A stretch of DNA of 64,000 nucleotides from Salinispira sp. (GTDB lineage: Bacteria > Spirochaetota > Spirochaetia > DSM-27196 > Salinispiraceae). Location of the stretch: positions 1,536,001 to 1,600,000 of the forward strand of contig OZ271918.1 in the NCBI GenBank assembly GCA_965602015.1, written 5' to 3'. Below the pieces are notes generated by a model, which worked only from the letters and a program-made list of their open reading frames with translations, searched no databases and had not been told where the DNA came from. Positions 58,914-64,000 of this stretch are shown here, one piece after another (position 1 is the first letter of the stretch; each line of letters begins with the position of its first letter). The translations under genes and the position numbers were made by a program.

Positions 58914-59986
58914 CAGCTCTTCCTCCCTTTCTTGATGTATTTGATTATCCGCTCAAAGAGGATCTGACAGGCTGCTCCATACAGGATAAAGCCGATGATG
59001 AGATCGCCGACCTCCGGCGGAACCCCGGTCATGGACTGCATAAATCCCTTGCCGGTCTGGAGTATTCCGAAGAACAATGCGGCGAAAAGGGCTCCCACCG
59101 GCGTGCTTCCCCCGAGAAGAGCGACGGCAATTCCGTCAAAACCCTGTATGGGAAGCTTTCCAATTTCTACGTTATTTGAGAATCCGGCATAAAACGTGAA
59201 GCCCGCAAGGCCTGCCAGTCCCCCGGCAATAGCCATCGACAAGACGATGTTGCGGTTGACCTTCATACCCGCGTACTCGGCGGCGAAGCGGTTATAGCCC
59301 GCCGCCTTAAGCTGATACCCAAGCACGGTTTTGTTTATTATCACCGCGATAATCACCACGAGGATTATCGCCAGAATGAGACCCAGGTTGAGAAATGAAT
59401 CCCCGGTAATATCCCTCAGCCACTGAACCCGCAGGCTTGCCTCCATGGGCAGCCGCGCCGACTGAGTCTCCTGATTCGGGTCTTTGAGAATGGTGCCCTG
59501 AATACCGTAGTACGTAATCCACAGGGCTATGAAGTTCATCATTATGGTCGCCACTACCTCGTGGACGTTAAACTTCGCCTTTAGGAGGCCGGGAATAAAG
59601 CCCCAGAACGCGCCCCCCAGCAACGCTCCGATCATCATGATGGGAAGGAGTATGGGTTTGGGCAGGTTCAGAGTCAGACCGAGGGCCGTGGCCACAAAAC
59701 CGCCGAAAAGCATTTGCCCGGCCGCACCTATATTAAACAGTCCGGTCCGGAAGGCGAAGGCCACCGACAGGCCGGTGAGAATGAGGGTTGTCGCCCCGGC
59801 CAAGGTGTTCCCGATCCGCTTCGCGCTCATAAGTCCGCCCCTGAAGAGGAACCAGTATGCGGTAAACGGATTGTTACCGGTAATAACAATCAGTACGCCG
59901 GCGATCAGCATTCCAAAGGCGATGGCCATGAGGGCGATTTGCAATTGATGGGGAAGTCGGAATTTATATGTGGTTAATCGTTTCAA
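58913..59986 (-). CDS. Nucleoside ABC transporter permease
   Basis: GLFNIGAAGQ, VHEVVATIMMN and GFDGIAVALLG. Confidence 0.92.
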   Translation of the reverse strand: MKRLTTYKFRLPHQLQIALMAIAFGMLIAGVLIVITGNNPFTAYWFLFRGGLMSAKRIGNTLAGATTLILTGLSVAFAFRTGLFNIGAAGQMLFGGFVATALGLTLNLPKPILLPIMMIGALLGGAFWGFIPGLLKAKFNVHEVVATIMMNFIALWITYYGIQGTILKDPNQETQSARLPMEASLRVQWLRDITGDSFLNLGLILAIILVVIIAVIINKTVLGYQLKAAGYNRFAAEYAGMKVNRNIVLSMAIAGGLAGLAGFTFYAGFSNNVEIGKLPIQGFDGIAVALLGGSTPVGALFAALFFGILQTGKGFMQSMTGVPPEVGDLIIGFILYGAACQILFERIIKYIKKGRKS

Positions 59987-59987
59987 C

Positions 59988-61505
59988 TCAGGCTCCTTTC
60001 CCGATGCCGGCCATCATGAGGCCTACTTCGTTTTCATCGGTCTCGCTGGTGATGACCTCGCCGACCTTTTCACCGCCGTTGATTACGACAATGCGGTCGG
60101 ACAAATCGAGAATCTCATCGAGCTCGAGGCTGACCAGCAGAACGGCCCTGCCGGCATCGCGCTGCTCGACAAGCCGCTTGTGGATGTATTCGATGGAACC
60201 CACATCCAGACCCCGGGTCGGCTGAACCGCAATGAGGACTTCAGGATTGTGACTGATCTCCCGCCCGACGATGGCCTTTTGCTGATTACCGCCGGACAGC
60301 GCCCGGGCTTTGGCAACCGAACCTTCACCGGAGCGCACATCGAATTCGCTGATCAGCCGTTCGCTGTAGGAGCGTATCTCATCGAACTGGAGGAATCCCC
60401 GTTTGCTGAACGGTTCGTTCTGATGTATTTCCAAAATCATGTTCTCTTCGATTGAATAATCCAGTACCAGGCCCCTTACCTGCCTGTCTTCGGGAATATG
60501 CGCCAGGCCGGCTTCAAAACGCTCCTTGATGCTCAGGCCCGAGATATCCCGGCCGGCAAGGTTTATGGTCCCTGATTCAACCTTTCGCAAACCGGTCAGG
60601 GCTTCGACCAGCTGGGTTTGACCGTTGCCGTCGACCCCGGCTATACCCAATATCTCTCCCCGCTGAAGAGTAAAGGAAAAGCGCTTTACGGCTTCCTCGC
60701 CCCGGTTGCCCATAACCACCAGGTCGCTCACCTCGAGGGCCACTTCGCCAGGCGTGGACTCGTCTTTTTCGACATGAAATGACACCTCCCGCCCGACCAT
60801 CATTTCGGCCATCTTGGCTTCTGTTGTCTCTTTGACATCAACTGTTCCGATGACCTTGCCCCGCCGTATGACTGTACATCGGTCAGCGACTTCCTTGATT
60901 TCCTTTAGCTTGTGGGTGATGAGAATAATGGATTTCCCCTCCTTCAGAAGGTTGCGCATTATTCTCATCAGCTCATGTATTTCCTGGGGAGTAAGAACGG
61001 CGGTGGGCTCGTCAAAAATGAGAATTTCCGCGTCGCGGTAGAGCATTTTGAGAATTTCCACCCGCTGCTGCATGCCCACAGAGATGTCTTCAATTTTCGC
61101 ATAGGGATCCACGTTTAATCCGTAGTGTTCCGAAAGTTCCTTGATTTTTAAAGCCGCACCTTTTCGGTCGATGGAAACGCCGCTCATGGGCTCCATGCCC
61201 AGAATGATGTTTTCCGTCACGGTAAAATTGTGCACCAGCTTGAAGTGCTGGTGCACCATGCCGATTCCCAGCTCATTGGCCATGGTCGGATTTTTTATCT
61301 GAACAGCTTCCCCCCGGACCACAATCTGCCCCTGATCGGGCTGATACAGGCCAAAAAGGATACTCATAAGAGTCGACTTTCCCGCTCCGTTTTCCCCAAG
61401 GAGGGCATGCACTTCACCCTTATTCAGTCCAAGGGTTATGTTGTCATTGGCGACGATGCCGGGAAATTCCTTGCGGATGTTTTGCATCTCGATGATCTTT
61501 TCCAT
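59988..61505 (-). CDS. Nucleoside ABC transporter ATP-binding protein (two ABC domains)
   Basis: GENGAGKST, DEPTAVL, LSGGNQQK and PTRGLDVG; GGGAG SD before ATG 61505. Confidence 0.95.
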   Translation of the reverse strand: MEKIIEMQNIRKEFPGIVANDNITLGLNKGEVHALLGENGAGKSTLMSILFGLYQPDQGQIVVRGEAVQIKNPTMANELGIGMVHQHFKLVHNFTVTENIILGMEPMSGVSIDRKGAALKIKELSEHYGLNVDPYAKIEDISVGMQQRVEILKMLYRDAEILIFDEPTAVLTPQEIHELMRIMRNLLKEGKSIILITHKLKEIKEVADRCTVIRRGKVIGTVDVKETTEAKMAEMMVGREVSFHVEKDESTPGEVALEVSDLVVMGNRGEEAVKRFSFTLQRGEILGIAGVDGNGQTQLVEALTGLRKVESGTINLAGRDISGLSIKERFEAGLAHIPEDRQVRGLVLDYSIEENMILEIHQNEPFSKRGFLQFDEIRSYSERLISEFDVRSGEGSVAKARALSGGNQQKAIVGREISHNPEVLIAVQPTRGLDVGSIEYIHKRLVEQRDAGRAVLLVSLELDEILDLSDRIVVINGGEKVGEVITSETDENEVGLMMAGIGKGA

Positions 61506-61601
61506 AGATCTCCCTTTTACATCACCTCTGTTCAGAGGTGGTATCGCCACCCGGAAGACCGCCGGACAGCAGTGTTGAACCACATCATAAACCGGCTAGG
61601 C

Positions 61602-61634
61602 AAAAAAAAACAGGGGCATTTTTGCCCCTGTTTT
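61602..61634 (-). terminator. Terminator-like hairpin after the BMP gene
   Basis: AAAACAGGGGCA/TGCCCCTGTTTT stem with a 9-T run on the minus strand. Confidence 0.8.
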
Positions 61635-61675
61635 CTCCGTGACCGCAGTACCAAGACCGCAGCTCTCTGAAGATA

Positions 61676-62746
61676 TTACGGAATGAGGTTACCCTGAAGG
61701 TCGCTGACAACGATGTCGCCGGATACAATCGCAGCGAAGATCTCGTCGACCTGAGCCTGAACGCTGTCATCCAGGTTGGGGTTCACCGCGGGGATTCCGA
61801 CGCCGTTGTTGGTGGCGTCAAGGGTCAGGATCTGACCGCCGGGGAAGGTACCGTTCAGGTAGGCTTCGATCATGTCATAGGCCGCCTGATCGATCTTCTT
61901 GACCGCAGAGGTCAGGATGATGGAATTTTCACCGTCGTAGATTCCGTCGTCATACTGGTCAACGTCTACGCCGATAATCCATGCTTCTTCGCCCGCGAGA
62001 GCCCGGCTCTTGGCTTCGTTGATCGCGCCGACACCCACGCCGCCGGCTGCTGCGAAAATCGCATCGACGCCGCGGTCGAACATCTGCGCGGCAATCTGCT
62101 GCCCGGCCGCCACATTATCAAATGAACCCTGGTACACGAAATTCGCGGCAGAGTAGCTGACATTGGTGCCGAGGTTCTCGTTCGCATAGTCGATTCCCTG
62201 CTGGAATCCCCAGTTGAACTTCTGTACCGGGGGAATAGCCATTCCGCCGATAAAACCGACTTCGCCTTCCTGCAGCTGCAGGGCTGACGCGACGCCGGCA
62301 ACGAATCCCGACTCATGCTCCGCGAAGAAAATCGATACGGTGTTGGGCCCCACCACCGCGTTAAAATCACCGGCATGGGGAACGCCGTCGAGCAATACAA
62401 AATATGCGTCGGAATAGGTTTCCTGAGCCTGGTAAATTGCGGTTTCGAACTTGAATCCGGGAGTAACGATGAACTGATAGCCGCCGTCATAAAGGTTACC
62501 GATTTCAAGGATGTAATCCGCCTCGGTGGTACCCACGGGCTTGAGATACCGGGTTTCTATATCGAAATCCGCCTCAGCGCTCAGAATTCCTTCCCAGGTT
62601 CCCTGGTTGAAGGACTTGTCATCAATGGTACCGGCATCGGTTACCATACCGACCAATACGGTCTCATCTGCCGCATCCCGGTCGCCGCAAGAAACCATCG
62701 ATACAAGCAGTGCAACTGTTACGAGTAAAAGTGCAATTCTTTTCAC
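61676..62746 (-). CDS. BMP family nucleoside-binding lipoprotein
   Basis: Lipobox-like VSC, DKSFNQ..WEG, IFAAAGGVG, IGVDVDQ and TSAVK. Confidence 0.93.
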   Translation of the reverse strand: MKRIALLLVTVALLVSMVSCGDRDAADETVLVGMVTDAGTIDDKSFNQGTWEGILSAEADFDIETRYLKPVGTTEADYILEIGNLYDGGYQFIVTPGFKFETAIYQAQETYSDAYFVLLDGVPHAGDFNAVVGPNTVSIFFAEHESGFVAGVASALQLQEGEVGFIGGMAIPPVQKFNWGFQQGIDYANENLGTNVSYSAANFVYQGSFDNVAAGQQIAAQMFDRGVDAIFAAAGGVGVGAINEAKSRALAGEEAWIIGVDVDQYDDGIYDGENSIILTSAVKKIDQAAYDMIEAYLNGTFPGGQILTLDATNNGVGIPAVNPNLDDSVQAQVDEIFAAIVSGDIVVSDLQGNLIP

Positions 62747-62782
62747 TTTACCTCTCCTTTTTTTTGTGGCTTTGCCACTGTC

Positions 62783-62811
62783 ATACTAAATTGATAATTC
62801 CCGGCGGTCAA
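62783..62811 (-). promoter_or_regulatory. Putative promoter of the BMP/ABC operon
   Basis: TTGACC-N17-TAGTAT. Confidence 0.6.
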
Positions 62812-62841
62812 ACCTCTTCTGCCCTGCCGGGAGCAAATTTA

Positions 62842-63981
62842 TCACCAATTAACGACCCTGCCGTTATCTTCAAGTCGCTTGCCGATGTAGTCCTCATCCA
62901 GAGAAAGCTCCCGGGCCAGGTCGACAAGGGTGGTCTCGCTGATGAGGTTCTGTTCGATAAACAGGTAGATAAGGGCTTTCTCGGCAATATTCGCAGCGCG
63001 AAGGGCATTGTGATTTGCCTCCCCGGATTCGCTGTCGATATCGTATTTTTCCCGGAAGTGGCTGGCAAGGGCGCTCGAGTCGATATCGCCCTTGAGCAGG
63101 CTGAGCTCGCCCTTCAGAGGCTCCAGATTGCCCCGGGCAGCCTCAATGCCCAGGGGCTTGAGGATGAGAAAGGTGTATTCCTTGCCGGGCAGATAATGAT
63201 GCCGCTCGCAGCGGGTACAGTAATTCGGCTCCCGTGGATCGTTTTTAACATCATCACCGCCGACGATTATGAGGGGATCAAAATACAGGGCGGGACATTC
63301 GACGCCGTTGACGTTGTAGTAGCGATAGGTAAAAAACGAGTCGGCCATGCAGTCCTTGTGCTCACAGTATGCAGTGAGGGGGAACACATCGGTTGCGGTA
63401 TCAAGAAGCAGGCGGGCCGTTGAGTTAAAAATGTCCTTACGGAAATTCAAAATCAGCGTGGGATAGACGAAGACCAGACCGCGCTCCTCGCTGGCCTTGC
63501 GGGTAACATAGGCGATCCGTTCATCATAGAAACTTGCTTCATCCAGTATCCAGGTTCCCGCCTGGGGATTCGCCTCGATGACCTGCTCCAGGCCGAACGA
63601 ATCTGCGATTCTGGCGATATTTTCACCGAGGCGCTCAAACCCACCCCGATATGCCAGCGCATCTTCGGGGTATTCGGAAAAACGCTGGGTGTCGAGTATG
63701 GAACGAATAAAAAACACGTTCCGTCGGTCTGCACCAGCCGTACGGGTTTGTCGGGCAAATCGGTCGGACTTGTTCATGGCCACCCGGGCATCGCGCCAAA
63801 TTTGGGCGCTGTACTCGGTTTTACCCGATCCCATGGGTCCTATCACCAAAATCCGCCTGGCAGGCTTGGTGAAATCAAAGTGGTTTTTTGCATGATGGAT
63901 TTGTACGTTCGGCAGACCAAGGCTCTTGAAAAACTCGCTTGCATCTGACGAATGGCTGCTGGTGAGCATCGGCTGGGGCAC
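62842..63981 (-). CDS. tdk: Thymidine kinase (long spirochaete type)
   Basis: GPMGSGKT P-loop, ILDEASF, Zn ligands C...C and YCTRC..H. The start is uncertain (ATG 63969 is an alternative). Confidence 0.85.
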   Translation of the reverse strand: MPQPMLTSSHSSDASEFFKSLGLPNVQIHHAKNHFDFTKPARRILVIGPMGSGKTEYSAQIWRDARVAMNKSDRFARQTRTAGADRRNVFFIRSILDTQRFSEYPEDALAYRGGFERLGENIARIADSFGLEQVIEANPQAGTWILDEASFYDERIAYVTRKASEERGLVFVYPTLILNFRKDIFNSTARLLLDTATDVFPLTAYCEHKDCMADSFFTYRYYNVNGVECPALYFDPLIIVGGDDVKNDPREPNYCTRCERHHYLPGKEYTFLILKPLGIEAARGNLEPLKGELSLLKGDIDSSALASHFREKYDIDSESGEANHNALRAANIAEKALIYLFIEQNLISETTLVDLARELSLDEDYIGKRLEDNGRVVNW

Positions 63982-64000
63982 CCCTTTGTGGTTGTGACAA

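Noticed and set aside
1..64000. Mobile elements, prophage, or an island at tRNA-Val
   Set aside because: No integrase, transposase or phage gene, and no duplicated tRNA 3' end was seen; the flanks are housekeeping genes.

Overview
A gene-dense core-chromosome segment from a spirochaete, probably a free-living Spirochaetaceae. The assignment rests on the flaA-cheA-cheW/R-cheX-cheY cluster, the E-C-A-B-D-I V-type ATPase order, a spiro-SPASM protein, a UPF0164-like protein and a long spirochaete-type thymidine kinase. Left to right it holds a V/A-type ATPase operon, mutS2-rsgA-murI, rluD, yggS divergent from pdxS/pdxT, a polyprenyl synthase, ilvBN, tRNA-Val(GAC), chemotaxis genes and flaA, an amidase/GerMN pair, and a radical-SAM/sugar-nucleotide modification cluster. 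It continues with xseAB, a K+ channel coupled to a stand-alone cNMP-binding protein, a giant receptor-type SpoIIE phosphatase with a giant helical partner and a divergent outer-membrane protein, an error-prone-type DnaE with large low-complexity inserts followed by a TIR-like/ankyrin protein, and a nucleoside-salvage cluster. No CRISPR array, transposase, integrase or rRNA was seen. The best candidates for undescribed systems are the putative trans-envelope signalling locus (about 35.6-49.8 kb), the spiro-SPASM glyco-modification operon next to flaA, the dnaE2/TIR-ankyrin operon with a LexA-like box, and a recurring leaderless promoter architecture (-10 hexamer, 6-7 nt, ATG). Family calls come from motif recognition by eye; no database searches were run.
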